From NCBI GenBank assembly GCA_964016885.1, contig OZ024741.1, positions 175,708,001 through 175,772,000 on the forward strand: a stretch of 64,000 nt of DNA, written 5' to 3'. The DNA comes from Eledone cirrhosa (lineage: Eukaryota). The notes beneath the pieces are model-generated. The model was given only the letters and a program-made list of their open reading frames with translations, was not told the DNA's origin and ran no database searches. The translations under genes were made by a program, and so were the position numbers. Positions within the stretch are counted from its first letter, which is position 1, and every line of letters begins with the position of its first letter. Positions 12,339 through 23,933 of the stretch are shown one piece after another.

Positions 12339-14154
12339 CTACAAACGAAATACAGTTAGAAATGGTAAATGATTTAATGAGACATCAGGTGAAATATTAT
12401 TGTGCCATAACTTCACCACATCAGGTGAAATATTTGTCGATGACAGGAGCAAAACATCATCCAGGTGGTCTTCACGCAACCTTGTTCTTAAATGACTTTT
12501 AGTATATTTCATTTTGGAAAAAAAGTTGTTCACAAGCATATGTACTTCCAAATAATGATATCATCAGTTTCGCATTATCAAGATGTTTTTATATTTTCCG
12601 CTTGGCAATATATATTTCTTGGAGAAGTCAGCAGTGGATTCGAACTGAAATTTCTATTTCAAAGATTCGTCGCACTGTAAGTCAATTAATTCCAACTGAT
12701 ATTCTTCTGCCACTTGCTCCACATCTGTTTCGTAAGGAGTACCAAATAACTTAAATAGAGTTCCATATTGCCGGAAGTCACCAAAACGAGAGGAAAACTC
12801 GCTTCTCAAATCCTTAATAGAGCTCACAAAGATGTCTGGATTTATATCTCTCTTGTGATTTTGGAGACTTGGGAAATGAGAGTAGTTTCCTTTTTGAAGT
12901 TGTGATTCCCATAGTTGAAGTTTTCTCTCAAAAGCAGTAATTTGACCAAACATCTCAAATACAACCTTGTTCTTTCCTTGAAGCTCAAGATTCAAAGTGT
13001 TCATGTGGGTCGTGATGTATACTAAAAAAGCTAACTTGACAACCCACTGTGGATCCTGATAGTAAGAATTATCTTGGTCTTTGCTCTCTAAAAACATAGT
13101 AATCTCTTCTCGCAATGCATATACTCGTTCTATAATTTTTCCGCGGCTAAGCCATCGAACATTTGAAAAATATGTAAGGTCGCCATACTCTGCTTCAATC
13201 TGAAACTGGCGGTGATTTCGCCCTCTTGACAGTATAAAATTCGCTGTTTTCACGACCACTGCTATGATGTCCTTAAAATTCAATGACTTTGCACATAATG
13301 CTTCTTGATGCAATGAAGTTTGATTAGTTTTTTTTTATCAATACCGATGTGATTTTGGAGCAATGCAACAAACCCCTTTTTCTCTCCAACCATTGCTGGT
13401 GCTCCATCTGTGACTACTCCAGAAAGCTTTGATAAATCCAGATTCATTTCGGTAATCCATTTTATCATGCTCTCCAAAATATCTGCTCCAGTGCTAGTGT
13501 CCTTCATAGGAATCAATTGTACAAATTCTTCCACAATATCAAATGTTGGTTTTACACCCCTCACAAACACTTCAGGTTGACAAGTATCCTTTATATCTGT
13601 GGATTCATCGATAGCAATGGAATAATACTCCAGATTATTTAAAATGCCCTCCAAGCCATTTCTGACATTTGCTGCCAGCTCTTCAATTCGCCTTGTTACT
13701 TGTTCTTGCCGATAAGCTGATCGCAGAAAATAATTCCCTTTTTTTCTGGACAAACAACACCTGCTACCTTCAACAATAATTCTTTGAAGAAATTTCCATC
13801 AGTAAAAGGTTTCATCCTTTCTGCAGTTAGTTTTGACACCTCGTAGCTAGCACGAGTATGACGGTCACTTTTTTCAACTTTTCCACTGAAAAAGGATGAT
13901 TACTTTGTTACATTATTTCTCAGCCGTGCAACTTCGTTTACTCGTGCTTTTCTAGTAAAACTGTTGTAATGATTATGACGAGTTTCATAGTGCCGTTTAA
14001 TATTTGAAACTTTCTTCACGGCAATGGTTTCTTGACAAATTAAGCAAACACATTTTCCGAAGTGCTCAATGAAAAAATAGCTAAGTGTCCAGCCATCGTT
14101 AAAAGTTCGGCACTCACTTCTTTTCTTAGCTTCCATGGGATTGTTTTTGTTCAA
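12339..14154 (-). pseudogene. Frameshifted hAT transposase
   Basis: Four ORF pieces: zinc finger CLICQE..NIKRHYETRH; IDESTD and VTDGAPAMVG (catalytic D,D); HC..HQEALC; VRWLSRG; FGSTYACEQLFSKMK (catalytic E, dimerisation domain). Confidence 0.92.
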
Positions 14155-14739
14155 AGATTTATGGAAAGGAAAAAGAACAAAAAGTATAATCAGAATGAAG
14201 AAAAAAGAAACAATGAAAACAAATGTAAATGCAAATACAGTAATGCGATAAAATATGATACTTGTGAATAAATTATATAAAACAAGGTTTCTAACGACGT
14301 TGTTAGAGTAGGGTTGCCACTTGTTTTTTTAAACCACTTTTGGCCTAATTCTAATAATAATAATTCACACAATTTATCACAAATAATTAAATAAACGTTA
14401 TTATCGAATAAAGATACCTACTGAATAGTTGTTATACCACCAGACAGCAAACTCAAATGAAAATACTCTGGGGAGGAGGGAACGAAGTAATTTTTCCAAG
14501 GACAGCTTTACCTTGTGCCGGGAGGCACAGGTAAGGTCAGGCAAACGAAGACGACAATAATTCACGAGTGATTTTATTGAATGACAATATGGGTATAAAA
14601 GTGAGTCATGCGAACCGTAAGGTAGTATACCTTCCAGTCACTGACGAAAATGCATACTTCCAGCCAACATTTGTGTTTGTTGACTGGAACAAAACCACAT
14701 ACATGAAATCACAGGAAATAATAATACAGGTGATATAAT

Positions 14740-14849
14740 TGTTTCTACTTTTGGCACAAGGCCAGCAGTTACCTAGTGTATTACTGGTACTTTATTTTAT
14801 CGACCCCGTAAGGATGAAAGGCAAAGTTAACCTCGGCAGGATTTGATAT
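14740..14849 (-). mobile_element. 5'-truncated SINE family A nested in the hAT element, 16-bp TSD
   Basis: TSD atacaggtgatataat at 14724-14739 and 14850-14865. Confidence 0.9.
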
Positions 14850-14903
14850 ATACAGGTGATATAATGCTTGGCGGAAAGCCCAGAAAAAGATGGATAAGAG
14901 GAA

Positions 14904-15075
14904 ATAATAATTGTTGCTACTTTTGGCACAAGGCCAGCAATTACCCAGTGTATTACAGGTACTTTATTTTATCGACCCCGTAAGGATGAAAGGCAAAGTT
15001 AACCTCGGCGGGATTTGAACTCAGATCATAAAGGGACGTAACTCTATGCGTCAAAGCATGGTGTCCGACCCTCTA
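14904..15075 (-). mobile_element. SINE family A nested in the hAT element
   Basis: Close match to young copies. Confidence 0.9.
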
Positions 15076-15305
15076 ATAATAAATAGAAAATATAATGAGG
15101 TTACAAAGGTATCTGTAAATATATATGGTATGAGCAGCGATTTGTGATGGGTATCAGGTCGGCACAACCTTGAAGTGAACTACTGTATCTGTTTTCGATA
15201 CTAATTAGATAATTAATGTCCAGTGTAAGATGGCGGGCCGGACAAAAATCACTCGAGGGCCGGATGTGGCCCGCGGACCGAGGGTTGCCGACCCCTGCTA
15301 TACAC

Positions 15306-15450
<145 letters not shown>

Positions 15451-15976
15451 CACAAACTACAGATAGTGACACTCGTGCACATACACATATAAATATATAT
15501 ATTTAGATAAGGAAACGACATGAACTTCGTACAATTTCCTTCTAACAAATTCACTCACAAGTTTTAATTTGTCCCGAGACATTAGTGAAAGACATTTGGC
15601 CAAGACACCACACAATGGGATAGAATCCAAGAACATGTGGTTGCATAGCGAACTTTTTAACTTCAGGGTGATGTTGGGAAATCTCACATGTATATTAGTC
15701 TTTATCTGAAATTTGAGCGAATTCCATTTAAGCTCTTGGCACATCATCATCCTTAGATGAAGTGTTAATCACGAATATATAACGGTGTCATTTAATTCCG
15801 ATGGAACAATTTTATATATGACTAGTTAAACCTATAGAATTACAAATCTATAAGTGTGTGCCAGTGTACTGATTGCAGCATTGTTTGTTTACCTAATTTG
15901 ATACTAAAATGTCTAGAAAAACATTGCTGGCCTTGTGCTTAAATTAGAAACCATTATACATAGAATATTAATAATG

Positions 15977-16191
15977 GTTTCTTATATAGGCACAAGGCCA
16001 GCAATTTTGGGGGAAGGGAAAGTCGATTAAATCGACCCCAGTGCGTGACTGGTACTTTATGTTATCAACCCCGTAAAGATGAAAGGCATAGTTAACCTCG
16101 GCTGGATTTGAACTCAGATCATAAAGGGCCGTAACTCTATGCTGCAAAGCATGGCGTTCGACCCTCTACCGATACTGCTAATCCACCGCCC
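15977..16191 (-). mobile_element. SINE family A, long-tail subfamily, full length, 20-bp TSD
   Basis: TSD tacatagaatattaataatg at 15957-15976 and 16192-16211; extra ggggtcgatttaatcgactttccc segment. Confidence 0.92.
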
Positions 16192-17102
16192 TACATAGAA
16201 TATTAATAATGACCATCATAACTGGATAACTCGATATCATAGACAAGATATTAATATAGAGTGTTATAGCTAGATTGTCTTAGGTTCTTCCACGCCTTTC
16301 GGCGCATCGAGCAGTAAGTAGTCACTAATGATCATGATCAGCGGCGGCTTTGTTCGCGTCCGTGCCAAGTGATGATGGCTGCCATCAGGTCTTTTGGGAA
16401 CGTTCATCGCCAGGTGATCCTGGGACAATCTCGCTTCCGTTTGCCGCCTGGTGGAGTCCAGTTCATTGCTGTTTTCGAGTGTCGTTCGTTGGGCAGCACC
16501 TACTCGGCTCTCCACAGGATATCGTTGTTTCGCACTCGGTCAAACCAGGATATTAATATGGAGTATTATAACTGGATAGAAAGATAAACTAGACTGAAAT
16601 AGTTTCTATCATCAATATATATTTTAACATTGCGAAAAACATTGTATCATGAAGTCATCTTTAAATATACTATATGATCTGAATGGATATTGTGATGTAA
16701 ATACAATGGTGTATGGCACACATGTCATCGTGACTAGGCCAAATCTGCTTACATCATACAATCTTATCGTTTGCCGTAACTACTTAGAGTATTTGGCCCT
16801 GATCCATAAAGCAGTCGTTTTCGCTTATACCCAAAACAGCAGGTCGAGTATATCATAAACAAACACGTTATAACCACTAGCCCCAAGTTAACTCTGACCG
16901 AGAAGGCATATGATCAAAACCATTTCAGTTAAAAACATCTCGTCTTTTTTTTTCGACTATATTATGTTGGACTACTATATAAGATTTAGTTGTACAGAAG
17001 CTATGATGTGATTTAAGTAAGCTTTAATTGCTTTTCATAGCAAGTCAAGCGGCAAAGTAGATAATCCCTATAGACTCGTTTGTGTTATTTTGTATATGAT
17101 GA

Positions 17103-17414
17103 TCATAACGAAAGTATATATATATGCAACCAAATCTGTAAACAACATTTCTTATGATAGTAAAACTTAAAAAATTCCAATTTTTTTAAAAAATATATTC
17201 TAAAAAGAATGTTATTTATATATATTTTGAATACTTTGCTAAAAAACAATAGCTTCCTCACTCTCACGCCCTCCACTCCCCAGTGCTCATTCAGCACGAT
17301 TCTCTCCTCACTCTTTTCTATCCTCATCCTAAAACTTAGATTCACTTCTCTCATACTACCATCCTTTCTTCGGCCATGACAATACATCTGAAGGAGAACA
17401 CAATATTTTAACAT
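17103..17414 (-). mobile_element. Possible L1/Tx1-like LINE ORF2 C-terminal remnant
   Basis: RIEKSEERIVLNEHWGVEGV resembles the terminal F..W motif of L1/Tx1 ORF2; weak. Confidence 0.3.
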
Positions 17415-18374
17415 TTCACTATTTTATAAGTTTTTGATGCTTCAAAATGATTTCAATAATTTTTCATTTCCATTTCATGAATTTTTTTCACTATATATAT
17501 ATTCTTTTCAATTTTTCTTATACATGTTTAAAAGTTATTTCACTAATGTTTACATTTCCCTTTCATATTTCAATAACATTCGATTTAAATTATTTTACTA
17601 TTTCTTTCTATCATTCTTTCTTGTAAATGTTACAAAGTCATTTCAAAAATGTTTGCTTTCATCTTTCTTATAAATGTTTAAGAAAAAATATTGTTGGTTA
17701 GGTAAGATACTTTCTCTAAGTTATTTCCCATTTATTTATTTATTCAAACATATTTATTCCAACCATATATATGTGTAAAATCTATTTCGATACATTTTCT
17801 TTCTCATCGTTCATGGAAATATTCAACAAACCCAATACGTCAAAACATTACTTGTACACTCTTCACTGAGGGTGATTTGGCTGCGATTAGCGACGACATG
17901 CAGGCTCTGTGGATATCTGTCATTGATAAACCGAAGTTAAAGCGAAAATACAAAATAGTTTCATTTATTTCCTTTTTTGAAAATCGAAACTATTACATGC
18001 GGTGCTTAGTAATTAGTATTAAATATAAATTTACTGTTCGAACCACTTTAACATTTTCAAGGCAAAGAAAGAATGAAGGAGACAAAATCCGATCGATGGA
18101 TCAAAGAAAAAAACAACAAAAAATAATAAAAACAACAACAACAACAACAATAGCAACAAAAACAATTAAACAAAATCAAACTGTTTCCATTGGCCTTTCC
18201 ATTACTTATATGATGTGCCGATTGCGACTGACATAAACAGCGCCGCTTTTCGTTAACAGACGGCGTGAGTTAAGCTTCAGCAATATCGAAAATACATTAC
18301 CTAAGAACTGGAATTTTATTTTTTATCCCCAAAAGGATGAAAGTTGGCCTTGGCTGTATTTGAACTGATACTCA

Positions 18375-18655
18375 TTCCTTTTATATACACATATACACAC
18401 CAGGTCCGAACACAAAAGAACCAACCTTCTACAGTCACTGCCTCCGCCTCTCCCGCTCTCCTCTTCTCTTACTATTGTGAGCAAATGGGGGCCCACACGC
18501 TGGCCAGCCCGTGGCCTCGGCGAACAGAATAGAGAAGGCGTTTTCCCGAAGGATAGTGAAGGTGATATCGCTGGAAGAATTATTCCAGCTTGCAAGGTTC
18601 ACACATGCGGGTAGCCAACTCTGTGCCGATGGTTGTGAGCATGGAGGTGGCCCTT
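18375..18655 (-). mobile_element. 3' fragment of a CRE-like (RLE) non-LTR retrotransposon, inserted into an old SINE A
   Basis: Minus strand reads LTTIGTELATRMCEP..FFQR/ITFTILRENAFSIL across a frameshift; homologous to 52396-52680; SINE A halves at ~18320-18370 and ~18655-18710. Confidence 0.6.
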
Positions 18656-19111
18656 AGAACAAATACCATGACATATCATTCTAATACCCTATCGACTCTG
18701 CCAATTCCCCAATACAACATAGCCCACTGAAATATAAGATACATCTATCTTAGATATTAAATGAGGATTGAAATTTGTATGTTAAGTATCAGAAATAACT
18801 TAAATTTCGATAACAATCATGTCATACACAACACACACAACATGCACACAAATATATATATATATATATATGGAAACTCTGCTTCGTAGAATCGAGACGT
18901 ATCTGAGGACCTTGCGATTTCAGAGTCAGGTTCGATCATTACATCGATCGTGCCTCGAGCTGGTCGCCAGAGAAACGATTGTAATATATCTAATAAATTT
19001 TATTCGTTGCAACACTGATTCTCCGTTTCTTATGTGATATCATACTCTGCTCTGTAAGAGCATCGAGTGCTTAAATGGCCTACCGCTTACGGATGGCTTA
19101 AGCATCCCACA

Positions 19112-19166
<55 letters not shown>

Positions 19167-19269
19167 GTTTTTTCCCGTTCTTTGCCAGCGAACGTTACCA
19201 CGAACCAAAGTATCGTCTTCCTGTCTTCCTCCGGTTGCAACGTTTTTTGAAATATCCACTTCTGCTTTT

Positions 19270-19345
19270 ACAGATTGACTTTGTTAGTTTCAGAAGATCC
19301 CGTTAAGGGTGAAAGCAGCGATTCTTTGCTTAGACTTTAATCTGT
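19270..19345 (+). ncRNA. Type I hammerhead-like motif (CAGAAGA variant core) in a ~195-bp element between (TA)n tracts
   Basis: Bipartite stem I acagatt/aatctgt and agtt/gact, CAGAAGA, stem II ccc/ggg, GAAA, stem III gca/tgc, UUA; AATAAA at 19352. Confidence 0.5.
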
Positions 19346-19352
19346 TATTTTA

Positions 19353-19383
<31 letters not shown>

Positions 19384-19680
19384 ATCATCATGTTGCAGCA
19401 ACTGGTGCAATTAGCAGCCGCCACTGTTCTCTATACGCTATCATACGGCGAAAGGTCGCGGTATGTTGTCGGACTAGTTGATTCTGTCACTTCAGCTTCT
19501 CTGAACTATACTCTGAAGGATGGCTTTAGATAGGGAGTCGTGGCGGGATACTTTTTTACCATCGCCGGGAGCAGTTCCTGTCTGTCAGCATGTTTATTGA
19601 ATTGCAGAGTGGCAAAGGTGTTTGTTTTGCGGTTGTAAGATTTCACTTACACTTAACAGTGGGTATGATGACTTAGAAGG
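19384..19680 (-). mobile_element. RTE-type LINE 3' remnant
   Basis: Minus strand VSRHDSLSKAILQS resembles RTE GHVxRxxxLxKxILQG; short (GAT)n-like tail. Confidence 0.5.
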
Positions 19681-20229
19681 TCTTTGTTCTCATATAAAAA
19701 ATAATAATAATAATAAAAATTATAATAATAAAATGTGTTTAGTTTAGTGGTTAGTCAGAGTATTTTCATGACTTGTGTCTGCGTCCATTTTACAATAATA
19801 AAAAAAAATGAAGGAGTAAGAGTTATCATACTTAAAATTAAAAAGTTTGAACTGAAATGTTTTAACGAAACGAAATAGTAGGCTTCTGGTGCACTTGTGC
19901 TCGACAGTCTGGATTCTACGTTCCATGTCGGCTGTAACACTTAAAGAAGGATAGAAGAAACTAGGGGCTTGTACAGTTTGAACTTAGAATAATACTGCAT
20001 TTTTGTGCTGAATCTACAAAAAGAACAAGAAATTTACGACTGGAATAATTTCAATTACATATATTTTCGAGCAGGGTACATTGAGTCAAAGAAAGAATGT
20101 GGTTTCTTAAACTGCTAAAACTAGCAGATAAACTTCCCTCATCTCGCATAATCTGTGTTAAATTTGGAAAGGACATTTTATACAATATAGCCCCATATAT
20201 AGAAAAAAAGTGATATACACATACATGTA

Positions 20230-20930
20230 ATTTCTGGAGATTTGTTATTGTTTTTCTAGGTGGTTAGTGTATGGTTCTGAAGCATATGTTTGTATATTAT
20301 GTTGTGTGGTATGTGCCTGGCGGGTGAGGTTGATGACAATATGCTTCTTATTTGCTTGAATTCGTTGATAATATAGGCTGTTGTTTAGATTTATGTACGT
20401 TCATGTTAAGGCAATTGACGGTCATATATATATATGAAAAGTAAAATACAGGAAGTGTTCAAGCACATTGCTAACACAATATATGTCTCACAACAACCAT
20501 TTTCACAAGGAAATGCAGCTACTTATTTATATAACTATATAGATGAATAGATGATTGCAGCAATAATATAATGACGCTACTCTTTAATGTGCAATGTGAA
20601 TATTGTTTAATGAAGCCAATGTGTAATGTAAAACCTGGTATTAGTATAAATTATGTTGACATTAAATGTATGTTATCCTGTATATTGATGAAATAGGATA
20701 TCGTTTATGTCTGTTTCTCCATCTATACAATTATCTTTTTCTCTCCCTTATATATATAAATATATATATATATATATAATTTTCCCCCTTTTTATTCTTG
20801 TCTTCTGTTTCCGATGAAGGATCACATCCGAAAGTTTAAGACAATATATTAAGCGTAAATTAATATGTACCGTCAGTAATTTTCTCCGGTGCTGTTTTTC
20901 CTTGTTCACTTGTCATTCTTTATCTGCCTC
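20230..20930. mobile_element. Heavily decayed Penelope-like remnant with a hammerhead-like motif at 20798-20844
   Basis: LSTNSS on the minus strand (PLE thumb-like); ttgtctt..CCGATGA-a-ggat-cac-atcc-GAAA..aagacaa on the plus strand. Confidence 0.35.
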
Positions 20931-21608
20931 TCTCACGCATGCACGCGCCCACTCACACACACACATATATAAATGGGTGTGTGCGTGTATATATACATTC
21001 ATGAGATTCACTAATGAATAAAGTCATTAATAGCTTCAATGTATGTATGTACGCATGTATGTATATGCATATATGTACAAATGTACGTACGGACATTTTT
21101 ACATATATATTGTAATGTTCGTTAGATAAATATTCAAGCACACTTCACCGATAAAAAAAACATATACGTGGTAGAATTAATTTGTTCATCAGTACGAAAC
21201 GGACTGAGTGAATACATGGACTTAGTAACTTATATCTTCATTAAAGAACACCTTAATGGTGTTGGTCTTAAACAGTTTTATTGCTGATTCTCTTTCATAT
21301 CATTTCAAATATCTTGCTTTTCTACTTTCCAATAAAGTTCTTTAGTACTAAAGTTCTTTAGTACTAAAGCAATGAAAGTGTATACAAACTCAGTGACTGT
21401 AGTATTTAATCGTATTAGGGTCAATCTCACGCCGACGTGTCAATGTATGATTCTAAAACTATTTATATTCACACGCCTATCGATATCCATACAGTTATAT
21501 ACAGTGTTCAATGAAAATACAAAGCAAAACTCGTACATCATAAAAAAAATACAGTTAAATATTTCGACAAATATCAATGCTTATTGTTTAAACTTATAAC
21601 CATTATAG

Positions 21609-22396
21609 TATAAACTTGGCAGTAGAAGATTCACACCATTTTTCAGATTTCTATTGATTTTGGCGTTTCTTAACATTAGAAAAATTCTACAAGTGAAAAT
21701 AATCTCCATCATTTGCGATTGCTGTCTGCATCGTTTAAGAAGACACATGATACCGTCCCTGTAGAATTCTTCTGGCTTCGATGCAAAGAATTTCACGTAC
21801 CACTGAGTTAACTGGTCTTCATTGCATTGCCCATTGAAGGAAAAAGGTGATAGCCTGTAGGCGCGAGGTCAGGCGAATGCAACAGGGGGAGTCTAACCTC
21901 ACAATCTAGCTCCAGCAGTTTTTTGCGGGTCACTCTTGGTGTATTCGGAGAGCGTTATCATGAAGTAATCGAACGGAATCCATGTAGGCGCACTTGTGAG
22001 ATTTTCGCCGGTAAGCTGCCAGGTTGATGTCAATAGACGTCAATGGTTATTCTGGTTTTCGGTGGGAGCCGCTCCTAATGGATGGCACCATTCCAGTGCC
22101 ACCAGCGGCTTAGTAGGGCATTGCGAAGGTGGAGGCCAGCTGTACTAGCAGGTGAGGCGCACTCTTTTTATTAATACACAATCGCTTGCGCTTGATATTA
22201 ATGTAGGGACATCATTTTTCATCAGCAGTGACAATGGAACGTTTCCAGTTGCTTGTGTTATGGCAAGAAAAAGAAAATGCAGCTGCCACCCGACATTCAC
22301 GATTAATGTCAGCCAGCCTAGCAGTTTCGGCTAGTTGCCCTTTGTCAGATGTAACTAACTGAATCTGCAGATCTCGTGGTAGATCCTCTAATTCCG

Positions 22397-22399
<3 letters not shown>
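21609..22399 (-). mobile_element. Mariner (D,D34D) transposon 3' remnant with a decayed transposase
   Basis: Minus-strand motifs IVTADEK, GLH..LLS.WW.WNG.IH, LLHDNA, SPDLAPT.YHLF, FFASKPEEFYRDGI; TIR-like end with TA at ~21609. Confidence 0.85.
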
Positions 22400-22437
<38 letters not shown>

Positions 22438-22548
22438 GCCTGCCCACCCAGCCAGAAGGATGGCGTCATCGTATGGCTAAAACAGCACGTGCTGTGACCA
22501 GCGGCACCGAACGGCGCCCGACAGACTAGTCGGTCAAGGTGATCAAGG

Positions 22549-22583
<35 letters not shown>

Positions 22584-22587
<4 letters not shown>

Positions 22588-23142
22588 AGGGCGGGTAAAA
22601 TTCCCGAGATCTATGGACGAGTTCTCTCCAGCGGTCTCTGTCCCTTATTATCGCTGCCATGTCCTGCGTCTCCAACAGACCAGTGTCTGTCCTTAGGGCA
22701 TCAACATACGTTAACCTTGGTCTTCCTTTTCCAGTGTGTCCATGTAGGGGCTCCCACAGGAGCACTGAGTGCAATGTCAACTCTGGATGTCGGTGAGCAT
22801 GTCCAGCTAACCTCAGTCTCCTCTGTGTCACTTTTGAGCTGACTTTTGGGAGGCTCCCATACAGCTCTCAGTTTTTCATCCTCAGTGTATACTGATTAAT
22901 GTTCAGAGCCATCCTCAGCATTCTCGTGTAGCACCCATCCACCATCTGAGTGAGGACTTCCTGTATTTGGGAGCAAAGATTGAGAATACGGAAGATGATG
23001 TGGCTGAGAGGAAGAGCAAAGCCTGTGCGGCGTGTCACAGCTTGAGATCGGTGTGGAAGTGGAACCTTCGTAAAGACCTGAAAATCCGCCTCTTCATTGC
23101 TGTAGTGGAGTCTGTGCTGTTGGAGACTGACCAAGAAACTCA
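22584..23142 (-). mobile_element. RTE-type LINE 3' end with an inverted 5' segment
   Basis: Minus 22584-22954: TQMVDGCYTRMLRMALN..RRLRLAGH..GRPRLTYVD..RDRWR; plus 22952-23142: EDFLYLGA..LKIRLFIAVVESVLL..LTKKL, the immediately upstream ORF2 sequence. Confidence 0.85.
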
Positions 23143-23225
23143 TTCATATATATATCCTCCCCCAAAAACTCCAAATAAAACCCATCCCGAATGAACCAGA
23201 AAACCAACAAAGACTTAGGGAAAAG

Positions 23226-23807
23226 ATGGCATTGGAAAAATTTAAAACAGAAATAGAACTGTTGCGATTAAGAGCCAACTCCAACGAAGAAAAATTCATG
23301 TCACTCGACCAACAGATGGACACAGAAATCTCAAAGCACTCTGAAGGCCTACTCTACAAAAAAACCCTAAAACTTTGGAAAGAAAACTGTGAGGATGAAG
23401 AACTAACATCCCTCCAGCGATGGGAAAAAAACGCCACCTGGTTTAACAACTACGAAATGGACTTCAAAAATGAACAACATACAGGTAACCCATTTTTAAA
23501 ACAAACTAAAACTCACACACCACATGCACAACAAATAACAAAAAAAGTAACAAAACGTCCAACATACCCCCAGCAAAACTATAACGATAATCCCAGAAAC
23601 CATAGACAAAACTATAACCCTACTAACCAAAACCAAAGATCCCCGAACACAAGGCAGGACCTGATCCGCAGATCACAACCCACACAAAACCTATTCCAAA
23701 ACCGTAGACCCCTGCCCACACAGAGCCTGTTCCAAAACCGTAGATCCCAACCCACACAAAGGAACAAAATCTACAACCCGGACTATCAACAAACCGAACC
23801 TCAATAG
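23226..23807 (+). CDS. PLE N-terminal ORF (helical region then Q/N/R-rich repeats); frame open upstream to the ~23143 junction
   Basis: 193-aa ORF in the same frame as the RT; 36-nt repeat RRSQPTQNLFQN about three times. Confidence 0.55.
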   Translation: MALEKFKTEIELLRLRANSNEEKFMSLDQQMDTEISKHSEGLLYKKTLKLWKENCEDEELTSLQRWEKNATWFNNYEMDFKNEQHTGNPFLKQTKTHTPHAQQITKKVTKRPTYPQQNYNDNPRNHRQNYNPTNQNQRSPNTRQDLIRRSQPTQNLFQNRRPLPTQSLFQNRRSQPTQRNKIYNPDYQQTEPQ

Positions 23808-23933
23808 GTCCGAAACTTCTATACAAGACCACACAACAACAGGGGAAATACCATTAGATATAATAATAACATTGAAAAAACATTCCAGAAAAAATCATTT
23901 TTTAGACCAAGGCTACAGGACTCACGACACCCG

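Larger units (their letters stand above)
11978..15297 (-). mobile_element. hAT DNA transposon, Buster/Charlie (SPIN/GTF2IRD2-like) group, full length but inactivated
   Basis: TIRs caggggccggaaacct / (rc) caggggtcggcaaccct; perfect 8-bp TSD ctatacac (11970-11977, 15298-15305) fitting the Buster NNNTANNN pattern; internal transposase. Confidence 0.93.

Noticed and set aside
12339-14154. Host GTF2IRD2/ZBED-like domesticated gene
   Set aside because: Multiple frameshifts, and intact TIRs plus TSD show it is a transposon copy
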